From a virus: DNA of 64,000 nt. The notes beneath the pieces were generated by a model that did no database searches, was not told where the DNA came from, and saw only the letters and a list, made by a program, of their open reading frames with translations. Of this stretch, positions 8,988-19,866 are shown one piece after another. The stretch lies in IMG/VR virus record IMGVR_UViG_3300006735_000002, positions 1 through 64,000 of that record. One strand, 5' to 3'. The position numbers and the translations under genes are program-made. How positions within the stretch are numbered: the first letter of the stretch is position 1; every line of letters begins with the position of its first letter.

Positions 8988-9011
8988 GCCGCCAAACAGT
9001 GAGAGGGTCGC

Positions 9012-10721
9012 ATGGACACCAGTCTCAAGGCTGCTCGGGAATACATCTACAACGACCGCTCTTGGGCCAGTACGGGCAAGACGCTTGACGGCCGGGTCAA
9101 CACCTGCCTTTTGCGAGCGCTGCGAGATGTTTCCGGCGAGGTGCCCGAGGCGCTGGTTCCTGAGGACAAGCACATCCACGTCCGAAAGAGTGTCGTGGGC
9201 AGTGACGATGACGTCAACGCAAAGATCAAGTCGACCACAGACCTCAAGGTCTTGCAGTTCGTTCGCTCGGGGACGTGGGTACCGACTGTTGACCGTACGT
9301 GGGACGGCATCATGCATCTCGAGGTCACTGACAGCGCTGGCCGTATTCGTCGTCGCCAGTGTCGAGAGTGGTGGTTGGCCAGCGGCGTGTACTACGTCAG
9401 CCTCGATCGCCCGTGGTTTGAGACCGGTGAAACAACTGAGTACGACTTTCGCATCTACCAGCCGGAGTTCTTCCTTCAGGCGAATGCGATTGAGATCCTG
9501 ACTCCGATGCAGCTGTTTGATGACAGCGAGCAGCTGGTGGGTCAGATTAGCAGCGGCACCGCTCGCCGCGAGTACCTGCCGGACTTTCGGCAGCGAGTCC
9601 AGGGTCGACCCACAGACTTCTGGCGTGGTCGATTCTTTCAGCTGCCTTCTCCGACAGAAGCGCCTATTGTAAGGTCGGTGGTGGCTGTGTCGGCTGACCA
9701 GACGCCGGAGAGGTCACTTCCCTGGGCGGGTCCGGTACCCGCGGGTAAGTTCGAGTTCTGCTACACGTACGCGTGGGGCCGCAAGGAGCAGGAGTGGGGC
9801 GAAACGCAGGGACTTTTTACTGATTCGGAGTGGGAGAGTGCTCCCAGCCCCGTCAGCACTGCGTTCGACCATGCGGTTGAGTTCGACGCCAACGTCACTC
9901 CGCTTGCACCGGCCACTGCGCAATACTCCGCCGCAAGCGCGATTGTCATCGAAATGAGCAACCTCGAAGAGATGCTCGACTTTGTCGGTAACCCTGAAGG
10001 AATCCTCGCGGATGACGCAAACTACCCTGACGTTTCAGGAAACCCTCTCCGATTTGGTCGAAGTGGTTTGCGCTTGAGACTTTATGTTCGACGGTTGGAA
10101 ACATACCGACAGTTCGGACCCGAGAAGACGTTTACCGAGACTCGAGCCACCGCCACGTCATTTAAGATTATCGAAGCAAGGCATCGCCTGAACCGGGTCG
10201 AAGCAGATGGTAAGTTCTACCTGTTGGCGGAGCTCAATCCGTTGGACCTCGATCCGATCACTTCCGACATGGCCACCGCGGCGTTGAAGCAGTTTGTAGT
10301 CAGTACGTTTACCTGGCAGGGCAAGATGCAGACGGTGGGTAGTGACAAGGCGATTGTGCCTGACCCGACGCGCCAGCTGGTCAAGAGCACCGGCTACTAC
10401 GCCTACCACATCTGGCCGACGCCGGACCAGAACTACGACATCGACGCACAGGTGTTGATGCAGCCCAAGGAGCTGGTCAACGACCAGGACCAGGTGCCAA
10501 TCAAGCAGGAAGCATTCAGTGCTTTCCTCGAGCTTGCGCTGGCGTACATGAGCCGGCTGGACGGTGTCGATCAGAACAGCGAGATGAAGCACCGAGCGCT
10601 GTACCGTCAGCTCGTGCGCCGTTTTCGGTCGCAGCACGGCGACAACAACGGGATCGTCGAGAACCGTGCCTGGGGCGACATTCGCCCACGCTACCGGTAT
10701 GGCACGTTCAGCGAAGGCTGA
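9012..10721 (+). CDS. Head-tail adaptor / tail tubular protein A-like, with large inserted beta domains
   Basis: Helical N-terminus and C-terminal IWPTPDQNYDI...LVNDQDQVPI...ALA motif typical of podoviral adaptors; position after the capsid genes. Confidence 0.6.
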   Translation: MDTSLKAAREYIYNDRSWASTGKTLDGRVNTCLLRALRDVSGEVPEALVPEDKHIHVRKSVVGSDDDVNAKIKSTTDLKVLQFVRSGTWVPTVDRTWDGIMHLEVTDSAGRIRRRQCREWWLASGVYYVSLDRPWFETGETTEYDFRIYQPEFFLQANAIEILTPMQLFDDSEQLVGQISSGTARREYLPDFRQRVQGRPTDFWRGRFFQLPSPTEAPIVRSVVAVSADQTPERSLPWAGPVPAGKFEFCYTYAWGRKEQEWGETQGLFTDSEWESAPSPVSTAFDHAVEFDANVTPLAPATAQYSAASAIVIEMSNLEEMLDFVGNPEGILADDANYPDVSGNPLRFGRSGLRLRLYVRRLETYRQFGPEKTFTETRATATSFKIIEARHRLNRVEADGKFYLLAELNPLDLDPITSDMATAALKQFVVSTFTWQGKMQTVGSDKAIVPDPTRQLVKSTGYYAYHIWPTPDQNYDIDAQVLMQPKELVNDQDQVPIKQEAFSAFLELALAYMSRLDGVDQNSEMKHRALYRQLVRRFRSQHGDNNGIVENRAWGDIRPRYRYGTFSEG

Positions 10722-10733
10722 GCGTGATACACT
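10722..10733 (+). promoter_or_regulatory. Extended -10 promoter GCGTGATACACT
   Basis: Identical to 8976-8987; intergenic. Confidence 0.6.
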
Positions 10734-10759
10734 CCGGCGTCACCTAAAGGAGCAACAAC

Positions 10760-11245
10760 ATGGCAAACGCGCCGCATTACGGTAATCCTCCCAAGATCGG
10801 TCAGGTCTTCTGCCGCGACGACGAACACATGGGCCGCTACGAAGCGATGCTCGTGTGGCTCAACGTCCGCGACGGAGGTCACTGGGACGGGATGCTGGTC
10901 ACCAACGAGAACTTCTTCCCCGTGTCCTCGAACCGGTTCACGCAGGCGGTCCATCACACGGACTGGCGTCCGGTGGATTGGGTGTGGAGCGACGGCGCGT
11001 TCCTGTTTGCCCCCGGCCACCTTGAGTGGAGTCAGGAAAAGTCGCAGTGGGTCGAGCGGTCGACGCCAGCAGTTGCCGCTCCCGCGTCTGCGCTTCCTTC
11101 GAGGAAGGTCCTTCCCGAGCCGAAGAAGCAGGAGCATCATGCTACCTGGCGCGCACGGTGCCGCCGCAAGTTCCCGGCGCTCGATAGCGACGAAGGTCTC
11201 GCCCTGCTCGGCGAGGTCTGGAACGAGTACAAGACGAAGGGGTAA
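10760..11245 (+). CDS. Hypothetical protein (Trp-rich)
   Basis: 161-aa ORF with AAGGAG RBS. Confidence 0.7.
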   Translation: MANAPHYGNPPKIGQVFCRDDEHMGRYEAMLVWLNVRDGGHWDGMLVTNENFFPVSSNRFTQAVHHTDWRPVDWVWSDGAFLFAPGHLEWSQEKSQWVERSTPAVAAPASALPSRKVLPEPKKQEHHATWRARCRRKFPALDSDEGLALLGEVWNEYKTKG

Positions 11246-11248
11246 GGA

Positions 11249-13417
11249 ATGGCTGGACCTGGTCAGCGCGCGGTCTCACAGGTCCGCATTCAGAGCGGGC
11301 AGGCTCAGGTCCAGTACGCTCCGACGAACCTCGCGTACAAGATCAAGAACCTCGAGTTGACCCCGGAGGGAACCCTCCGGGCGATTCGGGGCTCTTGCCC
11401 GTACGAGCCTAACCGTGGTGGTGACCAGTACGGCGCCAGCGCAAAGTCGCTACAGAACGGCTTTGACGTTTTCGGCCGCATCTTGAGCATTCAAGACGTA
11501 ACCAAGATCTACGGCATCTTCCACGCGGGGTTGCTGCAGGGGAAGGCTCCGACGCTGATCGTGCGCGCAGGCACAGCGCTGTACCTGCACGCAGGCTGGC
11601 GCCGCTCTTGGAAGCGCATCTACCCCGTTAATCCAGACGACCAGGGACTGACCGACGACGGGCGCGCCGGCTATCCAGACATGTTCACCGTGGTCAACAA
11701 CACCATCGTGTGGTCAAACGGCATCGACCCAGCGCTGGTTATCTCGTACGACGGGATGGTTGTGCCTTTGGGTTTCAGTAAACCCCCAGGTCCGCCCGAA
11801 GCGTCAGGTCCTCAGCAGCCCGGCGACATCATCAAAGACTACCCGAATCAGGACGGCTACACGTGGCCAGGCCGCATCGGGACCATTGGCGACTACGTTG
11901 ACAACAACGATGGCGCTGTGCTCGCTGGTCGTTGGAAGTACGCGGCGGCTTATGAAGACATTCACGGAAACATCTCACCGTTGTCGGGCGAGAGTGTCGA
12001 GATTTCGATCGCGCTGCAGCGAGCGAATGCGTTTGTGGAGATTGACACGAGCGTAAGCCCCGACCTGAAGAAGTTCGATCGAAGCACGTTGCTCGACAAC
12101 CTGCCTCGGCAGTTTGTGGTCAAGGGGTCGGGAGATGCGCCTGAGCATGCGGTCGCTACGCGGCTGTATCGTACGCCCGACGGCAACCGATTCCCTGGCA
12201 CCTACCGACTGGTGACCCGAATGGCGGGCACAAAGAGCTTTGTCTACGCAGACAACGTGCCGGACAGCCGCTTGGGTGAGCCCGCGAAGGACTACCTGCC
12301 GACACCTCGGTTCAGTTCGATGACTTCGCACGCAGGGTCGTTGGTCGTCGCTGAGGGGCCCTACGTCATGCGCAGTGAGGTCGGTTACCCCGGCACCTTC
12401 CCTGCGGAGTTCGCGACGACGCCTGACCCTGACGGAGCCATTGTGACTGCGCTTGCCAGCCACGCGGGCAGGCTCATCGCGTTTACCGAGCGGGCGATGA
12501 TCGACATCACCGATCCGACCGCACCGCCGCAAGTCATGGTGCGCGGTATCGGTTGTGTGGCTCCACGGTCGCTTCAGGGGCTGCCGGACGGGACGCTTAT
12601 CTGGCTTAGCCGTGACGCCTTCTACGGATGGAATCCCGAGAAGGGCCTGATGAAGCTGAGCGATCCGATTCATCGACTGGTGAAGACGGAGCTTGCCACG
12701 GGGTCACTGCGCAATGCGGTGTCTATCATTGAGCCTGAGAGCCGTGACTATCGCTGCGCAGTGGCCAAGGCCGGGGAGTTCGACAATGAGCTCATCTTGG
12801 CTTTTGACGGACAGGGCTGGAGAGAGATTGAGCTCGGGTACAAGGTCAGCGACATGTGCATCACTGACGACCCCCGATACCTGGTGCTGTTTGCTGGAGG
12901 GTCTCGCCGCTCGGTCCCCGCTGCGATTGGTAGTGGACTTTCTCTACAAGCGACCTCTTACGACGTCTACGTCATGAGTCATGAGACTACCGTCAGCTCG
13001 GGACCTCAACTGACTTACGAGTTCCAGAGTGCGTGGCTACGTGGCGACGACAACGCGCTGCAGCCGATCCATGTACACAACCTGTACATCGGCATGATCG
13101 ACGAGGTCAACGAGACTCTCGACGTAGAAATATTCTCGAATGGGTCATTCGAGCCTGACACAGACAGTCCGCGCAAGCTCAAGTCTGTCGGCGTGAAGAT
13201 TGAGGACCTTCTCGGGGACTTCGTCTTGGGGCAGGGGAAGGCGCACTCACGTCGACTGTACTGGCGACGTGTCCCCATCGGGCTGCAGAGCGTCAACACC
13301 TGGGCGTTTAAGCTCAAGTCTAAGACGCCGTTTCACATCGCGTCGTTCGCTTTCCAGACGTCGTTTGCGACCATGGGCGACCAGCTCGCCCGCATCCCTC
13401 TGGGCGAGGACGAGTAA
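11249..13417 (+). CDS. Tail nozzle / stabilisation protein (P22 gp10- or T7 gp12-like beta-propeller)
   Basis: N-terminal NLELTPEGTLRAIRG, blade-like motifs and RGIGCVAPRSLQ...LIWLSRDAFY, C-terminal FQSAWL; follows the adaptor. Confidence 0.7.
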   Translation: MAGPGQRAVSQVRIQSGQAQVQYAPTNLAYKIKNLELTPEGTLRAIRGSCPYEPNRGGDQYGASAKSLQNGFDVFGRILSIQDVTKIYGIFHAGLLQGKAPTLIVRAGTALYLHAGWRRSWKRIYPVNPDDQGLTDDGRAGYPDMFTVVNNTIVWSNGIDPALVISYDGMVVPLGFSKPPGPPEASGPQQPGDIIKDYPNQDGYTWPGRIGTIGDYVDNNDGAVLAGRWKYAAAYEDIHGNISPLSGESVEISIALQRANAFVEIDTSVSPDLKKFDRSTLLDNLPRQFVVKGSGDAPEHAVATRLYRTPDGNRFPGTYRLVTRMAGTKSFVYADNVPDSRLGEPAKDYLPTPRFSSMTSHAGSLVVAEGPYVMRSEVGYPGTFPAEFATTPDPDGAIVTALASHAGRLIAFTERAMIDITDPTAPPQVMVRGIGCVAPRSLQGLPDGTLIWLSRDAFYGWNPEKGLMKLSDPIHRLVKTELATGSLRNAVSIIEPESRDYRCAVAKAGEFDNELILAFDGQGWREIELGYKVSDMCITDDPRYLVLFAGGSRRSVPAAIGSGLSLQATSYDVYVMSHETTVSSGPQLTYEFQSAWLRGDDNALQPIHVHNLYIGMIDEVNETLDVEIFSNGSFEPDTDSPRKLKSVGVKIEDLLGDFVLGQGKAHSRRLYWRRVPIGLQSVNTWAFKLKSKTPFHIASFAFQTSFATMGDQLARIPLGEDE

Positions 13418-15630
13418 TGTCTGGTGATTACCTGTTCCCTAAGCGGAAGTTCAAGAAAGGTGAGCCGCTCGACAAGGTTGAGCTGAACGACGCGCTGCAA
13501 GTGGCCGCTGAGCGACTGAACGGTCATCTGGGGCCACACAACATTCGGGCGCCTCTGGCGACATCTTTGTCGTCTGCCGCCGGTACGTTCTTTCGAACTA
13601 AGACAGTTTCGGTTGGGTCTGACCCTCTTCTGGTAAACGGCGCTGGTTCTACGCCAGGTAAGAGTCCGCAGCCTGGCGCTGCCGGAGCGTTTCTTCTGGA
13701 GCAAACAACGGGCTGGCAGCCAGTGACAGGCGCTGAAGACATGCTCATTGCGGTGTCTACCGGAGCCTCGTCTCTTGCGATTACTGCGCAAGCTGCTCAT
13801 TGCCTGGCGGGTGACTTTGACGGAACCACCGCGAGGTTCCGCGTAACTGTTCCGCGGTTTACTGACCCCGATCTCAAGTCCGGCGGAGGTAAGAGCACCT
13901 TCGCGGAACTCGACGTAATCGTGACGCTGGATTCGTTTCAGGCTGCCTTTACGAACCTGTTGGTGCGCGATTCGAGAAACTTCGCTTCTGCTGCGGAGCA
14001 GTCGAAAGAAGTCGCAAGACTCATCGCTGCCGGCGCACAGAGTGCGACCTACGCGCCCAGCTCTGACGCCGAGAAGGTTGTCACGAAAGGCTGGGTAGAA
14101 GCCTCAGGGTATGAGGTCAAAGCGGCAGGGCGCGATCTCATCTTCACAAACACAGTGACCGGCGCTGTTTCTGGGACGTTCAAGATCTCGTTCGCCTACA
14201 GCAACATCTCTGGTGCGGGCAACCCGATTATCGACATGACCGAGGTAAGGGAGGGCTCGACGTCTAGCGTGTTCGAGGCGTTGAGCGACCTACCTTCTGC
14301 GACCACCAAGCCCGGCGCAGGCACGGCAACCGCTGCAGAAGTGGTTGTGTATTACCCCGCACAGATTCAGTACGCTCTGCGCGTAGACGGTGTGGTCATT
14401 ACTGAGACCATCACGGGACGCTTCGACAACGAGCAGGCGCCGCTTACTCCTGCGCGCATCGTTGACCCCAGAGACACCGGTGCGGTTGCTGGCATCTCAG
14501 GTCCGATGCTTGGTCGATTTCGAGAGCGTCCTGACGCGATTAACATCCCGATGTTCTGCGCGAGACTGACTGCCTCGGTGGATGTTGAGCCTGGCGACCA
14601 CGTGGTCGAGCTGGTGGTTCGACGTGTCCCCACAGGTCGCCGCCGGTCGTTTACCCCGCCACCTCCGTCTGTCGGAGATGTCGACAGTTCCGTGACGTAT
14701 CTTCCGGCAGAGAACAAGGTTTACGTCTACTCTCGGCAGCTGGCCGTGACAGATATTCCGGCTGAGCCGGTTGAATCTTCTCCGTTCGGTACTCCGTCGG
14801 TTGTTGCGTCGTACAGCGACGAAGATGTGGTCACCAAGAAAAACTTGGTTGACCAGAGGCTTCAGAAGGTAGCCGACGAGTCTAACGACATTCAAGCATT
14901 CCAGGTCGCGCGAGGAGCAATCAACGGTGACCACCTGCAGGGTTTCTCTTCAGTAATCGCTGCCGCTTCGGGCACAGTGGGTGTTTCGATCTTTACTTCG
15001 GCGTCAAACGCGTATGCCTACCCGCCGGGACCCGCGATTGCCTTCGGAAATCAACGGTTTTTTCACCCAGTTCCGTCGTCTTGGTTGCAGATGGCTACAG
15101 CTGATCTTCCTGTAGACGCAACCCCTCCGGTTGAGTGCGTGCTGACGGTAGAAGGCAACGTGTTTATCGAGAGGCTGGTTCATTCGTCGTTGACGCAGAA
15201 CAAGATGCACCTGGGCGCCGCGTGCTTCTTGATCGCGATTCGATCGACAACGACGGGAGTTTGGTACGCCTGGAGGCCCAGCCTCGCATGGGTCAACAGC
15301 AACAACTACATCGCCTACCAGGTCAGTAAAACCAACGATGATTTGCACCCCCGCAGCAGCAAGGTCGGTCTGAACTACCTGTCGCGCTACGGTCCGAACG
15401 GAAGCAGCTCCGTAGTTTCGGGAGACGAGCCAGGAGATTTTGTGGATGTGCCGGTGACGGCGTACGTGGATTTCTCCGGGGTCGTCGCAGGTTCAGTGAC
15501 ACGCGCTCTGGGTGTGTCGATCGATCAGGTCGCGATTTTCGGAGCCGCCGCATGGATGGGACCTGCAGGGAGCGATACCGTTGTGCGTTGCCGGCATTCG
15601 ACGATCAACGCTGTCGTAATGAAGTCGTGA
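13417..15630 (+). CDS. Tail appendage/fibre-type structural protein
   Basis: 737 aa, beta-rich; N-terminal anchor motif FKKGEPLDKVELNDAL...LNG.L...NI with a second internal copy. Confidence 0.55.
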   Translation: MSGDYLFPKRKFKKGEPLDKVELNDALQVAAERLNGHLGPHNIRAPLATSLSSAAGTFFRTKTVSVGSDPLLVNGAGSTPGKSPQPGAAGAFLLEQTTGWQPVTGAEDMLIAVSTGASSLAITAQAAHCLAGDFDGTTARFRVTVPRFTDPDLKSGGGKSTFAELDVIVTLDSFQAAFTNLLVRDSRNFASAAEQSKEVARLIAAGAQSATYAPSSDAEKVVTKGWVEASGYEVKAAGRDLIFTNTVTGAVSGTFKISFAYSNISGAGNPIIDMTEVREGSTSSVFEALSDLPSATTKPGAGTATAAEVVVYYPAQIQYALRVDGVVITETITGRFDNEQAPLTPARIVDPRDTGAVAGISGPMLGRFRERPDAINIPMFCARLTASVDVEPGDHVVELVVRRVPTGRRRSFTPPPPSVGDVDSSVTYLPAENKVYVYSRQLAVTDIPAEPVESSPFGTPSVVASYSDEDVVTKKNLVDQRLQKVADESNDIQAFQVARGAINGDHLQGFSSVIAAASGTVGVSIFTSASNAYAYPPGPAIAFGNQRFFHPVPSSWLQMATADLPVDATPPVECVLTVEGNVFIERLVHSSLTQNKMHLGAACFLIAIRSTTTGVWYAWRPSLAWVNSNNYIAYQVSKTNDDLHPRSSKVGLNYLSRYGPNGSSSVVSGDEPGDFVDVPVTAYVDFSGVVAGSVTRALGVSIDQVAIFGAAAWMGPAGSDTVVRCRHSTINAVVMKS

Positions 15631-15637
15631 GGTTGAC

Positions 15638-16474
15638 ATGGCCCAGGTAGTGATTCCCGCGACGTTTATCGATGGACAGGTGTTGCCTGTCGATGACCTC
15701 AATAAAGCGCTGTACTCGAAGACCCCTGGCGAGGGCGTCTACTCTGAGCCTAACGGAGGCATTCAGCTACAGTCTACGCAGAACGGCGGCACAGACTTTG
15801 AGCTCCGCCAAGAGCACCTGCAGCCTGAGCAGGTGGTCAAGACTCGTTTTGACGGTGGCTGGCATACACTCGACAACATGAGCGACGTAAGCGGCCAGAC
15901 CGCCGTAAAAGCCAACAACGTCGAGGTAGCTCGTGACCAGGCTCTTCCTGGTTGCGGCTTGAGAATCTACGTGCCGTTCGACGCCGCTGCGGTGCGGTGG
16001 AATATCTCTTTCTTCTTTTACGTAGCGAAGTGGCTTGGGTTGAGCGCAACCGCGGGCGACGACCCGATCTTTTCTTCTGAGGGCGGTAGTATCCAGACCT
16101 TCTTGTTTGTCGACGGGGTCGAACAAAGCTCTTGGCGACGAGAATACCCGATGACGTGGTTTAAGCGCGCCGTCGCCGACTACGCGGCGGTTTCCGGGGC
16201 GAACGACAACGAATCCCCCTACTCAACGGAAGCAGAGCAAGCTTCGTTCATGAACCTTAGCTATCTGCAGACCGAAGTTGAGCAGGGGTTCCATGAAGCC
16301 TACCTGGGCTTCTACGTCAAGCCCACGAGGGCTTCTGGCGGAGGCGTCGCGAAGTTCTTGCGCGAGACGGTCATCAAGTACGACAAGTCGAACTCGACGG
16401 TCAAGAAGAACCTCGAGCTCTATCAGCGGCTGGGGATCGGTTGTCGCAATGCCCGCGTCGTCGCATTCCGATGA
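15638..16474 (+). CDS. Tail appendage structural protein
   Basis: N-terminus PATFIDGQVLPVDDLNKAL...NGGI is paralogous to the preceding gene. Confidence 0.55.
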   Translation: MAQVVIPATFIDGQVLPVDDLNKALYSKTPGEGVYSEPNGGIQLQSTQNGGTDFELRQEHLQPEQVVKTRFDGGWHTLDNMSDVSGQTAVKANNVEVARDQALPGCGLRIYVPFDAAAVRWNISFFFYVAKWLGLSATAGDDPIFSSEGGSIQTFLFVDGVEQSSWRREYPMTWFKRAVADYAAVSGANDNESPYSTEAEQASFMNLSYLQTEVEQGFHEAYLGFYVKPTRASGGGVAKFLRETVIKYDKSNSTVKKNLELYQRLGIGCRNARVVAFR

Positions 16475-16504
16475 CCGTGCTAATCTCATCCTCGGAGGTC
16501 TGAC

Positions 16505-17218
16505 ATGGCAGCGATTCTTATGGGCGTGGGCCTCGGCGCAGCGGTGATTGGGCAAACGGTTAGTGCCCGTCGTGCTGGCAAGGCTGCCGAGAGTCAGGCC
16601 AAGGCGCAGAAGAAGGCAGCAAACCGATACGCCAAGGCGTTGCGGTCGCAGGCGTCGAAGCTGCAGGGCGGAATGTCGGTTGCTCGACAGAACACGCTCA
16701 AGGCCGGAGCTGCGCTCGATCGCGCAGCCCTTGGTCAGCAGGCCCGGGATGAAGCAAAGCGCGGCGGTCAGAGTCCGTCTGTGGCCCTCGAGGCTGAGCT
16801 GGACGCATCGTTGCAGGCGTCGATGGCGCAGCAGCAGCAGATGATCGATCAGATGAGCCAGCAGGAGGCGGTCGCCAAGGACGCACAGCGTCAGGCGTTG
16901 CGGACTCAGGCCCTCCAGACCAAGATGCAGGCGCAGGCAATCGACCCCGAAGCGATTCGAATGGGCGCGACAGCCCCGGTCTTTGGTCAGATCGGTAGCA
17001 CCCTCGCCAGTGCCGGTATGCAGGTCGCCGCACCCACTGTCAGCCAGCAGGTGCAGGCTGGGTCACTGGGTAAGCAGCTTGAGCCGATTGCCGGCGTCGA
17101 CTTCAGCGCGGCAGGCTTCGACCCAGGTTCTCTCACCGGCGCGGGCCAGAAGGCCGCGTACGCGACATACATGCAGTCAATCACTCCCAGGTACAACCCC
17201 TACGGACCTACGAGGTAA
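16505..17218 (+). CDS. Putative internal virion (DNA ejection) protein
   Basis: Hydrophobic Gly/Ala N-terminus followed by Ala/Gln coiled coil; first of three genes of increasing size, as in podoviral ejection modules. Confidence 0.55.
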   Translation: MAAILMGVGLGAAVIGQTVSARRAGKAAESQAKAQKKAANRYAKALRSQASKLQGGMSVARQNTLKAGAALDRAALGQQARDEAKRGGQSPSVALEAELDASLQASMAQQQQMIDQMSQQEAVAKDAQRQALRTQALQTKMQAQAIDPEAIRMGATAPVFGQIGSTLASAGMQVAAPTVSQQVQAGSLGKQLEPIAGVDFSAAGFDPGSLTGAGQKAAYATYMQSITPRYNPYGPTR

Positions 17219-17224
17219 CGACCA

Positions 17225-19810
17225 ATGCAGGTCCCAAAGAACCCGACAGCCGCTGACTACGACCGCTTCGTCAAGTTCATCTCGGATGGCGCGAAGAGGG
17301 GGGAGTGGTCGCTCGACGACGCTCGGCACGCCATGGAAGCGCTTGAGACGCGCAAGGAAGATATTCTGGCAGAATACCTGGAGTACGAGCAGAAGCGCGA
17401 CAACGCCATCAAGGAGGGGAAAGAGGACTTTGCGGACAAGTTGCTGAAGGAGCAGAACGTCTTCTTCAAGCTGGTGATCGACAACGCCGGGAGTGGCGCG
17501 ATTGACCCAAAGGCTGCGGGACGCGCCATCAAAGATGCTCAAGGACTGCTCGATAAGGCGACAGATCAAATCCAAAGCCAGACACCCGCTCAGGTGCAGG
17601 CCATGTTGGATCGTGGTTTGTCTGAAATCATCGCCTTCGCCGGCAAAGGAGGCTTTGCCTCAGGCGGACCTGACGTGCGCAACCCGACGGATACTGCGAA
17701 GATTGCCTCTAACGTCAGGGGAGTTTCTCGCGCAGCCGAGCACGTGCTCACGACGCTCGAAGCAGACCCGAACATTATCAAGGGTGAGTTGAGCGACGAG
17801 GCCTACCAGTCGTGGGTTGAACTGTCGAAGGACGGGAGAGCTGGCGAGTGGCTGGACAGCATCGAGTTCGACTCCAACTTGATTGATTCTGGCGTACTCG
17901 ATCGACTGAACTTAGACGACGCTAACACAGCCGCGTTTGGGAACTTCCTTCAGGGGGCCTATCGAGAGGACCTCCAGTATCAAGCCATCATGCGGATGCG
18001 CGACGAAGCGGTTGATTTGGCGGAGAAGGCGAAGGGGGGCGAAACGCTGTCGCCTGATGAAATCGCTCGACTGCGCACTCTCTCGAACTCGATGGCACAT
18101 ACGTCTCTGGGTCTTGAGGGTGTCAATCTCGAGAGCGAGATTCTCGAAGAGGTAGAGGCTCTGGGTGAGTCTCCTCAGATGAACTACAGCTACTCGGGAG
18201 ACATCAAGAATCGCGCCGACCAGCTGGCCTTCGCCAAGAGCGTGGCGTTGGCCGAGGACGGCGAGGCGCAGATGGCGATGCTGCAAACCGCAGGCGACCT
18301 GCTCGCTTCGGGCGTCGACTCGTCCGGTCGTCCGATCTACAGCCGAGGCCGCAGCCGCGACCCGATGTCGAGCAACCCGTTCATCCAGCCGGTGCTCGAC
18401 AAGATGGAGATGACCAAGACTGTACAGACCAGTCCGCTGTTTTACCAGGTTGTAGACAAACTCGGAATGAACCTCGCGGAGGGCGAACGACCGACAACAG
18501 GTCAGTTGGCTCGCGTGCTGCGCGAGGTGAAGCGCGACAAGCGTCGAGCATACCGCCCTACGGGCACCTACATGGAAGTCGATGTCGTCGATCGCGACCG
18601 GGCTCTCGAAGTAAAAAAGGATCAGTTCGTATCGTTCGTTGACGAAGAATCTGGAGACTTCATCTCACTGGACGACATGCAGCGCCGGTCCGAGGCTGCG
18701 TTGTCTGATCGAGACACCAACCCCGTGGTCGAGTTCGACCTTGATGATGCCGGCGTGCGGACTATCATGGGCATGTCGCTCGATGACGACAGCGCCGACA
18801 AGGTTCGCGAGCTCAACAAGCTCTACGGCCTGGACCCGAAGAAGGCTGCAGGCTCCAGCGTCGTAGTCGACCTAATCACCAACGAAGTAGCCGTCATTGG
18901 CCCAGAACGTCAGGTGTTCTTCCGCGGAAACATCAAGGGCGACCAGGTCGCGGCCATCAACGACGCCGCGCTCAACAGCAACGTCGCGCATGTCGCAGCC
19001 GACCCTGCCGCGGTTCGTGAAGGCAAGTACGGTACACCGCTGACTTCTTTGGACGGCTTGACGAGGGGGACGCGCTACGACGCTCACCTGTACGCTCCTC
19101 CAGGGACGAAGCTGTCTATGGAGACGCCGCTTCGCAAGGTCCAGGGCTTTACTGCGCGGCAGAAGTACGGGGGAGACCAGAGCCGCTTTGTCGTGATGGG
19201 CGGAGACCGCAAGGGTGAGCAGATTCTGTTCTCAGATGTTCGCGGAGACTCGTTTTCTTCGATGGACCCTGCGGTGGTCGCTGATCGCATGGGAATCACG
19301 CCGGGTCAGGTTGAGCGTCTCCGTCGTCGTGATGATCGACGGTCTCGGCGTAGCCGATCGGAGTACAAGAAGGGCAAGGGCACCTACTCGAGTGAGCCGA
19401 TTGCCCGAGAGAAGACTCCGATGCAGAAGGCGCTTGAGCCACCTCCGATGACGGATGCTGAGGTCGAGGCTACACTCCCCGACAAGGCCAGCCAGGTCAC
19501 GCCTCCTGAGGCGGCGGCCCCCGTTGTTCCGCCCCCGGTTTCTTCGCCGGCGTTGACGAGCAGCCAGCCCGGCAGAGGTACGCCGCCGAAGGCTTCGGGA
19601 GAGTCCGCGCCTCCCGAGACAATGCCTCCGTTTGATTACGGGTATTCCCCCACGACGAGCGAGTACGCAGCTGCGTTTAGTGTTGCAGATGAAGAGGAAG
19701 AAGAGGCTGAGCGTCAGAGGGCTTTGGCCGCCGAGACAGCCGTTCCGATGAAGGGTAAACAGACTCCCACTCGCCGGGGCAAGCGAGGCGCAACGCCGCC
19801 GTCTTCGTAG
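17225..19810 (+). CDS. Putative internal virion (ejection) protein
   Basis: 861-aa helical ORF between the small ejection-like gene and the giant protein; Pro-rich tail. Confidence 0.55.
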   Translation: MQVPKNPTAADYDRFVKFISDGAKRGEWSLDDARHAMEALETRKEDILAEYLEYEQKRDNAIKEGKEDFADKLLKEQNVFFKLVIDNAGSGAIDPKAAGRAIKDAQGLLDKATDQIQSQTPAQVQAMLDRGLSEIIAFAGKGGFASGGPDVRNPTDTAKIASNVRGVSRAAEHVLTTLEADPNIIKGELSDEAYQSWVELSKDGRAGEWLDSIEFDSNLIDSGVLDRLNLDDANTAAFGNFLQGAYREDLQYQAIMRMRDEAVDLAEKAKGGETLSPDEIARLRTLSNSMAHTSLGLEGVNLESEILEEVEALGESPQMNYSYSGDIKNRADQLAFAKSVALAEDGEAQMAMLQTAGDLLASGVDSSGRPIYSRGRSRDPMSSNPFIQPVLDKMEMTKTVQTSPLFYQVVDKLGMNLAEGERPTTGQLARVLREVKRDKRRAYRPTGTYMEVDVVDRDRALEVKKDQFVSFVDEESGDFISLDDMQRRSEAALSDRDTNPVVEFDLDDAGVRTIMGMSLDDDSADKVRELNKLYGLDPKKAAGSSVVVDLITNEVAVIGPERQVFFRGNIKGDQVAAINDAALNSNVAHVAADPAAVREGKYGTPLTSLDGLTRGTRYDAHLYAPPGTKLSMETPLRKVQGFTARQKYGGDQSRFVVMGGDRKGEQILFSDVRGDSFSSMDPAVVADRMGITPGQVERLRRRDDRRSRRSRSEYKKGKGTYSSEPIAREKTPMQKALEPPPMTDAEVEATLPDKASQVTPPEAAAPVVPPPVSSPALTSSQPGRGTPPKASGESAPPETMPPFDYGYSPTTSEYAAAFSVADEEEEEAERQRALAAETAVPMKGKQTPTRRGKRGATPPSS

Positions 19811-19866
19811 TCGAAGTAGCCTCGGTCTCTCATGTTACACTCACCCGCAACCACGGGTGAGTGTCC

